64,000 nucleotides of DNA from Kondoa subrosea. Taxonomy: Eukaryota. The stretch is taken from contig BCIN01000002.1 of the NCBI GenBank assembly GCA_039545335.1, positions 1 through 64,000 of the forward strand, in the 5' to 3' direction. The notes under the pieces are model-generated. The model was given only the letters and a program-made list of their open reading frames with translations. It did no database searches and was not told where the DNA came from. How positions within the stretch are numbered: position 1 is the first letter of the stretch; each line of letters begins with the position of its first letter. Positions 1 through 11,715 of the stretch are shown piece after piece. The position numbers and the translations under genes were made by a program.

Positions 1-50
1 CTCGCTAACTCTCGCTAACTCTTCATAACTCTCGCTAACTCTTCATAGCT
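1..50. repeat. 10-bp tandem array of CTCGCTAACT / CTTCATAACT variants (5 units)
   Basis: Read directly: ctcgctaact ctcgctaact cttcataact ctcgctaact cttcatagct. Confidence 0.9.
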
Positions 51-619
51 CGAGGTGAAGTATCGAGATCGGGTTGACTTGAATTGCGGAGAAAGTGGCG
101 ATGTCACTGCAGCCTCAGGCCGCAAGGAGTAACTAATTAGTGCTGTGTTGTCTATCAGTATAGATGTTAGTATAGATGTAGTCGGTTTAGGCATCCTCGT
201 AGCAAGTAGATTGCCTGTCTTAGCGTTTTGTGGAAATGCCAATCCATTATCGGGCCACTGTAGTTGATCACATGCACACATATATGCCGGCAGGCAGCAG
301 CAAGTCAAGATTCGTAAGACCTCATCTAGCTTAGGTCCTCCCTGAAAGATAACTAGGAAATGAAGAGGCCGTTCCTGATTCCACTTGACAAAACTGAAGG
401 CAAAACATAAGAAAGAGAGCAGAAAAAGAGGTATCATGATGGGCAGTAAAGATAATAGGTTAATGTATATGGGTTTGTAGGTATTACCTCTGTCTCCCGT
501 GAGGTCGACATAGGCCTTCCCTAAGACAAATGGCGACCTCATATAGAGGCCTTGCATATGTCTGCTTTGTGTGTTGTGCATAAAAGGCGGGTTTCTCACT
601 ATTATGAGCTCTACCCGCA

Positions 620-647
620 GGTTGATGGTTGATGGTTGATGGTTGAT
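620..647. repeat. (GGTTGAT)x4 heptamer tandem repeat
   Basis: Read directly, just inside the right-hand inverted repeat. Confidence 0.9.
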
Positions 648-713
648 CGTGAAGAGTTATGAAGAGTTAGCGAGCTTGTAGCTTGAAGCCAATCAGCGGT
701 TTGTCGAGACACG

Positions 714-1814
714 ATGATCACAACCCTATTATATCGACCTGTTCTATCTTGCAAGAGATGCAGCAGCTTCTGATGTTTGACCATTGGCGTGCCAGAGGCA
801 TTGATAGGCTCAAGAGGAAAGATAGCTCAAAAACGGCAGCAGTATGAAGAGAAGTATGGGCAGGCGCTGGAAGCTGCGGCGAAGGCGTGAGCGAATCCAT
901 TATCTGGTAAACGTCTTGCTCAATTTGGATGCTAGGAAAGGAGTAGACTTGCAGGCGTTGAAGAACAAGGCTCGTCAAGCTGAAAAAGTGAAACCGATTA
1001 AGCCATTCAGCTCGGCTCCCAAGCTATCAAGCAATTCATCTCTGCAACAGATACCTTCTGCTGTTGTAGCTCCTTCATTGCCGAGCGGGATCGATCAAGC
1101 GAAGAGCAAGAGCGGCATCAAGGTCAGCATAGCGCTCTCCGATTTCAGCGAGCGCAAGGTATCTACAGCCTCTGTCGGACCTTATGGACCTACAAGAGCT
1201 TCTCACAAGGTATCCTGCACCTTCCGCTGAGGAGATTTCTGCTCTTTGGAAAGCTTACCATGCTTCAGCCAAATCAACAACGAAACTAGGCGCCGTCATC
1301 CCAGTCGAAACCTACAGGCGAATGACTGCAGTAGCTCGCGAGAATCTGCGCTTCATCCTTCCTCTGCCTCGAGAAATATCTGACGGAACTACTGGATGGG
1401 AAAACATCCTTCTTGAATGGGCGTTCGTTTCTTCTCCTTCAACCATGCCAGCAGGCACACCAGAAAAAACTACTGTTCTCTTCGTTCCTTGAGCCTCATA
1501 CAAAATCACGAGACTTCCGCTCAACCAGCTCTCAAAGTCAGCATTGCACCGATCTAGCTATTTCGCATGGAATCGTTCTACTTAGTGGTCAAATCACAGC
1601 AAGTGGTTCAGGATCTGGGCAGCTTATCTCTCAAACCGATGCTCAGCTTCTATGTATGCGTCTGCAGCGGTTTTATGCTGAGAAGAATGAAGAATATCTG
1701 AGACAAATTGAGACCTGTAGCAGCAGCTGCTTGTACTTCCGCTCACACAATGGTGCTGTGATTCATCTGATCCGAGGTGAGGAAGATGAAGTTCAGCAAG
1801 CATTCAGGGTTTGA
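714..1814 (+). pseudogene. ATP11: Mitochondrial F1-ATPase assembly chaperone Atp11, disrupted (pseudogene or low-quality consensus)
   Basis: Atp11-like blocks: YEEKYGQALEAAAK, SGIK|PLSDLMDL, EISALWKAYH, LGAVIP, RFILPLPRE, EWAF, TTVLFVP, TDLAISHGIVLLSGQI, DAQLLCMRLQRFY. In-frame TGA at 1490-1492 where Leu is expected, plus apparent frameshifts near 760, 820, 1505 and 1540. Confidence 0.75.
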
Positions 1815-2107
1815 GAAATCGCAAAAGATATGTAATACAGATCTGTATGTACATTTAAATAACAGCTCTGCATATATGGTTTCATACCACGCAAGCCCAT
1901 AGCTTTTTGCAACCCTGCTGTGCTTACCTTTACTTCAGTACTAGTAAAAGCGAAGTCAAATGAGCTCACAATATGACTCTTCGCAGGGCTTGACGAGATG
2001 TTACTTTGGGCTACTTATTACTTCCTACATGTTTGCCAAGTTATGTGATCTGCAAGGACTCTTTAGCAAAGAGACAGAATTGTTCTGACTCGCGGACCTC
2101 CTAAAAA

Positions 2108-3215
2108 TTACGTGTTCCGATAGACTCTTAGATCTTTCACTCCATCCGCTTTTCCATCGAGCACACACTTTACTAGAGCTTCCCATGTCAATTGAGTTGC
2201 CGTTCTGGTCTCGAAAGAAGCCTTCAGGGGAGAATAGGCTATCGAAGCAGTATGAAGAAGAATGTCGGCAGTGAGGCCACTGATCGCTATGTATTAGTCA
2301 GTACTATCGTCATATAGGCTGATAGAGTCACTCGTACCAGAAGGTAAACTCGGATGACTTATTGAATGTAGCCTATACTTTGATTGGTCAATCCATCCCA
2401 CGTCTTGATGAGTCTGCTTTAATTGTAGGGATTGATCGTCTGAAGGAAGACAAAGAATACTCTTGAGAGGTACATGGAAGATGTCCGAGACTTCAACTTC
2501 ATTCTTGATTAGACCTGAGAGTACTTTCGGAGCAGGAGAAGCCAGCAAATAGATAATTGGTACGACAAAGAGCAAATTACGACTGTAGCGTTGTTAGCAA
2601 CAGCAAGCAACAAATGAGTCTGGCTCTGACCTAACAGTCAAAGGCAAAGTCGCGAGGTGTAGCAATTTACAATCTTTCGACTGAACGAGACCTATCTCTT
2701 CTTGTGCCTCCCTAAGCTAGTAAAGAAAGTGAGCGCTGGCTAAAGATAAGCACGACAGGCTTACAGCAGTGTCGTTGGGCGTTCGATCGACGCGTTCTTC
2801 GAATCTCCCACCGCTACTCAGAGTCAAAGCTGGTTAGTATGAGGAGCAGAATAGCTCACGGTAAAGCAGTATCGCCAGGATGTGAGCGAAGAGTCAAGGC
2901 TCGAGTAGTGAGAGTTACTTGAAGTTCGCCGAGGTCATTGGCAGATAACAGAATCAGAACAGCAGCGGTCTTGCGTTCCGGCACGCTAACCAGAATTGAG
3001 CTGATTGTGCTCGATTGAAAGTTCAACGAAGACACATACGTGCGCCATTGTTCGCTTTGAACATGAGATTGCTTCAAAGCTTGAATGGCTCGCAAGGATT
3101 CTTCCGAGTACAGGTCATTGAGAACTGGCCAGATATCTTCGAGTACCGTAAAGCTATTCTGCGTGAAGCTATTCTTTCCAGATGCCGATTCGCCAGTCAG
3201 GCTATCGTTGTTCAT
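2108..3215 (-). CDS. PCD1: Nudix hydrolase, CoA pyrophosphatase (PCD1/NUDT7) family; multi-exon
   Basis: AAVLILL, LTTRALTLRSHPGDTALP|GG (UPF0035 motif), Nudix box LREAQEEIGL, EVSDIFHVPL, ISGLTADIL. Stop TAA at 2108-2110. Confidence 0.85.
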
Positions 3216-3374
3216 ATGAGATGCGCTGTCGGTAATTTGGAGGAACGAATGGCTCGGACGTAAAGCGATTGTCTCAATAGGCGAATACAGACGGATCTAA
3301 GGTGAGCCTGCTCGATTTCTTTGCTTCGTGTACTAGAGTACTTTGCATATTCACTTATATAAACTCCTTGAGAC

Positions 3375-4011
3375 CTACAAGACTGCTTCTGTTTCCAATT
3401 CATAGCGGTCAATCTCTTTGAAAGCCTCAATACGCTTCTGTCGTGCTTTCTCGACCTGCTATGACAGCTGTTAGATTCTCTGGCCAAAATATGGACGATG
3501 GCGTACCTCATCATCCGACGACTCCTCCTTCTTTGCCTTACAAGCTTGTTTCTGACGTCTGAGAGGCGGCTGATTCTTATGTAGTCAGAGTCAGAGCGAG
3601 CTAAAAGAGTCGACAGGATCTATGGCGAACTTCTTCACCACTATCCGATAGATCTAGCTCAGCGTCTAGTACTCGCGGTAAGAATGAGACAAAAGACATG
3701 TATAGTAGAAGCGTACGAGCTTTATGACGAAGTTGTCTGTTCTTCATAGGCTTCAGCTTGCGCTTAGGCAGCAAGCGGACGCTTGAGAAGATGTGTAAGA
3801 ACAAGAAACGAAATAAAGAGAAGACGGAGCACAGGTCATCAGTCTGAAAAGGACTAAGAGGTAGAGAGGCCTGGATAGCCTTGGCCTTGTTGCGCCTAGG
3901 CGATGGAAAATTCGAAGCAACAGATGACAGAGCAGAGGAAGCAGCAGCGTTGCTTTTGCCCTTTTCCACTGCAGCAGTCCTTTGCTGCTCCAAGCTGGCC
4001 ACTTCAAACAT
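3375..4011 (-). CDS. Small sororin-like (Sor1-like) cohesin regulator candidate, ~140 aa, 5 exons
   Basis: The spliced model yields TDDLVRLLPKRK and a C-terminal EKARQKRIEAFKEIDRYELETEAVL*, which resembles the sororin C-terminal F-x-E-[VI]-D-x-[YF]-E-L-x-x-E motif. Confidence 0.6.
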
Positions 4012-4293
4012 GGCTGTACATGCTTAAGCGCAAAAAGTGACAGTCTTGCCCAAAATCTAGTGCTCGAACGGGGTTAACCTTTGTCTGCGAACTGGTTCTG
4101 GGTTTTGGTCTTCAGAGAAGCTGCTGATATCAAGCAAGACTCGCGAGATTGTCAAGACGTCAACGCTCTTTGAACAACACTGTGAATACCGACAAAGGGT
4201 TTGTTTGGTGTTCTGGCCTTTGAACGAAGCCTCTCTTCTGCCCAGCTATTATTCAGCTAGCACCAAGCTCGCCTTACAAGTGATCAAGAAGCT

Positions 4294-7200
4294 ATGGACA
4301 CAGCATGGCAGCCTCAGCCAGACGGGCTCAAAGATCTCTTAATTTGCATAGAGCAGTCTCGAAGCTCAGACAATGCAGTCCAACAGCAAGTACGAGAGGT
4401 AACTCATCCTATTCTCATCCGATATTTCTCTCTCAATGCTTTATCTCTTTGGCTAGCGATTCGAGCTGTTCAATCAAGTCCCGGATTTCAATGCCTATTT
4501 GGCTTTTGTGCTCTGTACTCAACTTGAGGGCGTGGAAGTAGGCAACAGAGCAGTCGCTGGTTATCTTCTCGTCAGCAACCTACGCACCCGTTTCCTTTCG
4601 ATCCCTTTACCTGTCGTCGAATACATCAAGTCTGTCATCTTCCGAGGTCTCAACGATACTGAAGGAGAAGTACGACGCTCTACAAGTAATGCTCTCACTT
4701 GGCTCATTCGTGGTGTGGTTCCCGACAATTGGCCTCAAGCTTTGATACAATTGGTTGAAATGATGCAATCTCCCTTCGTAGAAGGTGTTGAGGTTAGCAC
4801 AAACGGACCTAGAACGGGTGCACCACTGATTTGTTTCCATATAGACGGCGGTATCTACGCTTGCCAAAATATGTCAAGACGTACCCAAAGCTCTCGAACG
4901 AGTTCAGACAAATGGCAAACCTTTCCTGGATTTCCTCATTCCCGCCTTGCTTCAGCAACTAGAATCTGAAGATGCCAAAATTCGATCTGGTGCATTGACA
5001 TGTCTGACGCCGTTTATTGAGCCGCCGTCATCAGAGGGCGTCGAAAACGCTTTGTCAAGACATCTTGATACTTTTATTGCAGCACTCTTTAAGCGAGCAT
5101 CAGATACCTCTCCATCCGTTCGAAAGCAAGTCTGCACATCTATGGTCGCTCTTCTTGCCAATCGCCCAGACAAGCTTTTACCTGAAATCAATGGTGTGGT
5201 GGATTACGTTCTGCATTGTACAATGGAAACCGATACCGATTTGGCTTTGGAAGCATGCGAATTTTGGCTCTCTTTTGCCGAAGATCCAGAATTACATACA
5301 GCTTTGCATCCTTTTTTACCCAGAGTCGCTCCAGTTCTACTAAATTGTACCAAATATGACGATGAAGAACTCTTCTCTTTAGGTGCTTTCGACGACGAAA
5401 ACGATGCAGCTGTGCCTGATAAGGCAACTGATATCAAACCCAAACATTTTGGCGCCAAAACTCATGCTCAGGAGAAAGAATCAGATTCGAAGGAAAAACA
5501 AGGGAACACAAATAACAGAGCAAACGCAAATCAAGAAGACAATGATGATGATGAAGACGAGGAAGAGGATGACGAAGAAGAAGACGAAGATGATGAAGGA
5601 TATGCGGAATGGACGTTGCGTAAATGCGCTGCTGCAGCGTTGGATGTGATGGCCACGGCTTTCGAGAAGGATCTTATGCACATTCTCCTTCCTTACCTGA
5701 AGGAAAAACTCTTTAGCGAAGATTGGCTACAGCGAGAGAGCGGAATCTTGACTATTGGCGCTATCGCCGAAGGTGAATATTTAGACTTGTTTCGCGTATT
5801 ACACTCATCGGCTCATACTCATACCCGTCGACAGGATGCGTTAGCGACTTGGGCGAACATCTACCAACGCTGATACCGTATCTCATTAACACTTTGAATG
5901 ATGCCAAGGTCAGTTTATGCTGTTTTGACCATGAACAAAACTAATGTATACTATTTAGCCATTGATCCGATCAATAGCGTGCTGGGCCATTGGCCGATAC
6001 TCAGCCTGGCTCATATACGAATCTGCTACACCAGAGCACAAACAGACGTACTTTGTTCCAGCAATGGAAAATGTAAGTCAGCAACGTCCTTTGCGAGTAT
6101 AGCTCAAGGTCTTCACAGCTGCTACGCATGCTTCTGGACGACAACAAGAAAGTACAAGAAGCAGGTTGTAGTGCTTTCGCAACGCTAGAGGAAGAAGCAG
6201 GAGCTGAACTCGATCCATACCTTGGACCGATCCTTCAGCAGCTTGTTTACGCGTTTGCAAAATATCAACAGAAGAACCTTCTGATTCTTTACGATGCGAT
6301 CGGAACACTAGCTGATGCTGTTGGCGACTCATTGAATCAGAAGGACCTGATCGATATTCTTATGCCACCATTGATTGCGAAATGGCAAAGTCTTGAAGAT
6401 GATGACGAAGACATCATTCCGCTACTAGAGGTACGTCCCGGCCGCACCATCAAGAAGTAGGCTTATACTTTGGTAGTGCATGTCCTCGGTGGTCATTGCA
6501 ATTGGTACTGGTTTTGGTCCATTTGCGCAGGCCGTATTTGAGCGCTCCGTCCGGATCGTACATCAAAATCTCGTACACTTCCAAACATATCAGCAGAATC
6601 CTGAAGCCTACGATCCACCTGATAAAACTTTCTTGGTTGTATCCTTGGATCTACTTAGCGGTCTAACGCAAGGTCTTCAAAGCCAAATCACGCCTCTGTA
6701 TCAAACCCAAGAAGCACAGATCTTCACTCTTCTTGTTCTCTGCCTACAAGTGTGTTGTTTGCTTGTCTTTCTGGTTATTGTCGCTAAAAGTGAAATTGCA
6801 GTACCCTGAGCCAGCGGTCCGCCAGTCAGCTTACGCGTTACTTGGCGATTGTGCGATTTCCGTCTTCCCTCTCCTGAAGAGGCATCTCCCGCAAATTATG
6901 CCTCATTTGACTATGCAAATTGAAACTGAACCAAAGTCGGAAACTGTCAGTGCATGCAACAATGCGGCATGGTCTGCCGGCGAACTGGCTCTAAAACTAG
7001 GTGCGGTCTAAAGAAAGGTTCTGATCCAATTCTCATAGTTCGCGCAGGACCTGAAGTCGAGCCTTACGTACATCCTCTGATATCAAGATTGGTACCGCTA
7101 CTGTTATCGAGCAAGGCCGCTCGTTCTCTGGCCGAGAATGCGGCAGTAACAATTGGCAGACTCGGCTTTGTATCGCCGCAGCTAGTTGCGCCGCATTTAG

Positions 7201-7655
7201 AAGTATTCATCAAGCAATGGTCAGTGTGCCCTCGCTTGAACGTGTAGCCTCACTAACCATCATGATGTCCAGGTGTATGGCACTTGCGGAGATCAAGGAT
7301 AACGATGAGAAAGACTCAGCTTTCCGCGGCATATGCATGGTAATTCAAGTCAATCCCGGAGGTTTGGCAAAGGTATGTTGGGGTTCCTTTATGGGAGTAA
7401 CGTTAACAATGCGCTGTAGAGCTTCCAATACTTCTTGAATGCTGTAGCACGATGGCAAAGACCGTCCAACGAATTGAATGAGATGTTCAAAGCTGTAAGT
7501 TACTCTTCCCTTGTGCTACGACAAAAGAAGACTGAACGCTCTACTTGTAGATTCTCAGTGGGTTCAAACAAGCAGCCGGACCTGGATGGCAAACTACAAT
7601 GTCAGCTTTACCTCAAATGATCCAAACTCGGCTTCACGACAAATATTCCGTCTAA
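4294..7655 (+). CDS. KAP104: Transportin-1 / karyopherin beta-2 (importin beta family)
   Basis: N-terminal [23 protein letters not shown] followed by the acidic H8 loop, [48 protein letters not shown]. Confidence 0.95.
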
Positions 7656-8053
7656 ACGCATTGCAATCATGGCATTCAAGTCTGTTCGTCTTCATCGGTA
7701 CAAAAAGGGCGTAAATCAAAGACAAGCAGGAATCAGTACATATGACCATTTCATTTTTCGATATCAAAGTTTAGCAAAAGCAAGAGGAGAGTTTGTGGGC
7801 TCATATAGCGCGACTCTCCCTGCCACAATAGGATTAGCATAGAGGTAGCATAGACGTTCGGCCTGGAAGGCATTTCATCAAATGGGAACATTTTTAGCAT
7901 ATTACAAACTTTGGATTTCAATCCGATTACGCTTTCGCAGCCGGCGCTGCATGCCACATGGCTGATCTTACTGCTCGGCCAAAAGGCACGGAATAGGCTC
8001 TGGGAATCTGCATGCATGTAAGGTAGATTGCAGTTTTGTGACCTGCACACTGC

Positions 8054-9500
8054 TCAAAACCGTTTACTATCTTTTCTGACTACAGCAAGATTGAATTAGC
8101 GTCTCGACCAAATTGCTTCCGCTGTGAGTACTTACTTTTCCATTTCCTGGCCTCATTCCCAGCAATACCCAAAACAGCAATGATTGAGATCCACTTGATG
8201 AACCAGAAAAGATAGCTGAAGAAACCAATTGTTCTTGAAGATCGCGAATTTTCGTTAAGGTGCGGTGGATGGTACACGACATTGGAAGTGGAGATTTGAA
8301 CTATGTCGTGTTCATCTACAGAAAACGCGCAAGTGAGCAGCATCAAAGCGCAATGAGCAAAGGAGCGTACCGCTCACATCGCCAGTGTGCGCTGAGAAGC
8401 CCAAGTACGGAGATTCTGGCAGCGTCACATTAAAGGCGGTAAAGCACGTTTGCCATCTGGCTTGACATGAGCGGACATTTTGTCGATTCGGGCGATATAA
8501 CTTACTCGTCCCATTGCTCTGTTTGTAATTGAAGCTATAGAAGCGAGAAAATAAGAAACGAAGCACATTTGGCAAGTTCTTGGGGTCACCTCTAGGAACT
8601 GATTCTTGAAATAGGTCAATTTCGCTTTGGCTGAAATTTCTGTCCTTCGATAATCAATCTGAGGTGGAACATATATTTAAGCCGACGAATGATGCAAGAA
8701 CGGGAGCACTGACAGAACAACGACCTAACTCTTGTCCCGCTCCGTCCTTGTTCACATCATAGATTTTCGTTCCATCGTTCATCATAGCGAGGACTTCCGG
8801 GAAGACGTACGAATGCCTCGAATTGGCATATGTATCGAAAAAGAGACCCAGTCCTTCCCATTGATCTACACTGCCGAAAACGGGTCCTTGTTGCGCTCTT
8901 CCTCTTGTAAGCCACATTGCGAAGCCATCACCATACAGCGAATTGGCTTTCCCGTCTACTCTGAATTCAAATTCAATTTCAAAGGATGTAGGTGTCAGAG
9001 GTAGTCGAGACCACAACCAGCCTGATTGCGATGGTCTATCTTGCGTCAGACGGATGTGCTTGTTTGTATTTATTATCCTGACAAGCATTGATCAGCTTTC
9101 CAGTGTCATGAGGCCTTAGGCTAGACCAACGAAGAGCCTCCAAAGTCGAACCTGTGTTTGATGCATTTCAAGCTTTGACTGATGCTGAGAACTTGAAGCA
9201 CTCACCATCGGTTCTGCAGATCACTGTCCACATAAGCTGCAGAGAGCTCACGTATCAGTATAAATCACAGCATTCATTCAGCCTTATAACTTGCGAGCAT
9301 AGATCGAGTGAGTTCGTAGCGGTACCGTCCTTTCTGTCGTCCCACGCATCCCTGCAGGAACCTGTCCTCAAATCAGCCTCTCACTCCTCTACATTACGCC
9401 TCGAATTGCAGGCAAGACAAACATTTGCGTCTGAGCGTGATCTAGCCAAAGCAGCAGGAGCGAAGCTGGCTGCAATGGTCAGCCATAGGTACAGCTGCAT
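8054..9500 (-). CDS. Legume-like (L-type) lectin cargo receptor, VIP36/ERGIC-53/Emp47 family
   Basis: Signal peptide MQLYLWLTIAASFAPAALA, IRLTQDRPSQSGWLWSRLP, YGDGFAMWLT, GLGLFFDTYAN, YLGFSAHTGDVS, a TM helix and the tail KDSKRF*. Confidence 0.92.
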
Positions 9501-10483
9501 CTCTGCGCGGTATCAGGTCGTGACAGAGTCGTTACAGAAACTTCAAGTCGTGCACTTTGGTCAACCTCAAGTTGGCGCTTTTTGCAAGTTGCACCTCTTT
9601 CGTAGACGGCCATCGCTCACCTCGTGACAAGTCTTTATCAAATGTTTCTGCTGACAGATGCCTACTGTGCCTGTCAAAGCGTTCTGCATTGCGCGCGTTT
9701 GCCTCGGTTTCAGTTTCGCTCTTCGTCTGGGATTAGTGGATTATCGAAAGGAAGTGGCATGGTGCTGTCAAGCCATAGATCGTGACTATTTGCATGACCA
9801 TTGCATGCGCGCCTGGGCGTGAATCTCTCGTTTCCTATCATACCTCTCATTTCTTGTCTCTATGTCCGTTGGATCCAGTACTCTTTTCGAAGATGTGATG
9901 TTCATATGTATTAGACTCCCGCAATACACAATGAGCAGTGATCAAATCAAAGAATCAGAAAGATGATGCAGCTGGCCAAGGCAGGCGATCCGGCCGGACA
10001 TTTTCGTGTTTGGCTCGCGTTTTACCTCTATACTATCAGGACATGATATCGTTCTTTCTTCACTTCCGAGGCATCACGTTTTCGTGCTATTCACAATATT
10101 CGCAGCGCAAATCAAAGGAGATCCGTACGCGACATGCTTGATAAGGTGCGTGTATTCGGAATGACTTGTTCGCTGTAGATGTGTTCATTTCTGTATCACA
10201 GGATGATCAGAATCAACTGAATGATCATTCGGACAGTGAAACACCCTCGCCTGTAAGCTCTTGTACCAAACACCGTGTGTGACATTTGCAAAGGGATCAA
10301 TTTGTGATCGCTGCATTAATCAAGCTTTGCGAACGTTCTCTGCTTGACTACGTGCATGCGCGAAAAAGATGGATGCCTGAAGCTGACATGTTTTATGAGT
10401 TGTTGACTATTCATGCAATGAGTTCCGAATGCACCTTATTCCCTAACAAAGAGGTACTGATTTTAGCGAGAGACGTATCTGCA

Positions 10484-11651
10484 ATGTCGACAGCGCCTAT
10501 AAGAGTGTTGATGCTGCATGGCTGTGAGGAATAACTTGCGATCAGCTCAATCTAGCTGCATCTGATTGAAATCTTGCAAGACACACAAAATGCAGCAATC
10601 TTCAGCAAGAAGCTAGGGGCCATTAGGTATCTCAGTCCTGTTATGGCAGTATATGTAGCTCATTGCTGCAGGAAAGGAAGGCTGCCAAATCCGTAGAAAT
10701 GGTCTTTGTTGACGGTTTGTGAATCTTGTGAACATGCGAAGTGTGAAAGTCTCAAATATCGTTATAGCTCCTCATGTGGTACGTCAGGCTTCTCCGCTAG
10801 CCATCCAAGCTGAACGCAAGTCTAGGTGAATATGCCAACAGCCAGCGCTTCTGCTTTCGACTCCAATGCTGACGAGGCTTCAGACGATCCAGCGCTGATA
10901 CCAAGAGCATGGTATGTCCCTCTCTCTGGCCGACAGCTAACTTTAATGACTCGTGTGACCCAGGTGGTTCGCTAATGATCAAGGTGATGGGACCAAGAGC
11001 TATCGTGGATTCAAGGAAAGCTTTGAAATGTTAGCACAAAGTGAGCTGATCCCACTGCTTTGACATAGCGCTAAACGGTTGCATCTGCAGTACTGCGGGA
11101 ACAGCCCTTCGACGGAGTGTTTGGCTTTTCTCAAGGCGCAGCGATGGCTTCTCTGTTAGCAGCTGTACTGCATAACCCTCAAGCGCATCCTGCTTTCGCT
11201 TCAATTGATCCACCTATACGGCCTCTCCACTTCCATGTCTTTGTCGCCGGCTTCTTATCGGTTGATCCCTCGCATGCGGTTTTATTCCCCAAAACTAAGA
11301 TAGACGTTCCTACATGTCATGTTTTGGGCAGGGGTGATACGATAGTGGGAGAAGACAGAACTCAACCTCTTGTTGATGCTTTTTTGGATCCTTTGGTGTG
11401 AGTCGCGTTTGTTTCAGAGTCAGCAATGTCTAAATCGCGCTTCAGGATTTACCATGATGGAGGTATGTTATCAGATCTATCAGATCTCTATATGTACTGT
11501 ACTCTCATCAAGGTTTCCAGGACATCATGTACCTTCTCAGGCCAAATTCCGCAATTTCTTCAACGATTACTTCCAGTCAAGGGGAGATTCAACCACCATA
11601 TTGCCTGAAAGTCGGTCAGGAACATCAACACCTATTAGTGGCAGGCTGTAA
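10484..11651 (+). CDS. FSH1: Serine hydrolase, FSH1/OVCA2 (DUF341) family
   Basis: IRVLMLHG|YTQNAAIF, nucleophile motif GFSQGAAMA, HVLGRGDTIV (Asp), HDG|GHHVP (His). Confidence 0.9.
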
Positions 11652-11715
11652 TTTAGAACCTTGTCTGAATTATATTGTACATTTGTGCTATATGACTAGA
11701 TACATGGTGTCTCTG

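Larger units (their letters stand above)
1..674. mobile_element. Inverted-repeat-bounded segment (candidate non-autonomous DNA transposon/MITE remnant; left end may extend beyond window)
   Basis: Bases 11-32 (ctcgctaactcttcataactct) are the exact reverse complement of 653-674. Both ends are built from 10-bp units. No recognisable transposase lies between them. Confidence 0.45.

Noticed and set aside
1..50. CRISPR array or canonical telomere
   Set aside because: There are no spacers, the context is eukaryotic, and the units are not (CCCTAA)n.
15..599. 194-aa minus-strand ORF as a transposase
   Set aside because: Non-ATG start and no DDE, HTH or SWIM motif recognised. It runs through the repeat array.
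5540..5600. GAT/GAA-rich repeat
   Set aside because: It encodes the expected acidic H8 loop of transportin.
11640..11651. FSH1 C-terminal GRL as a PTS1
   Set aside because: Gly at -3 is outside the core consensus, so support is too weak.
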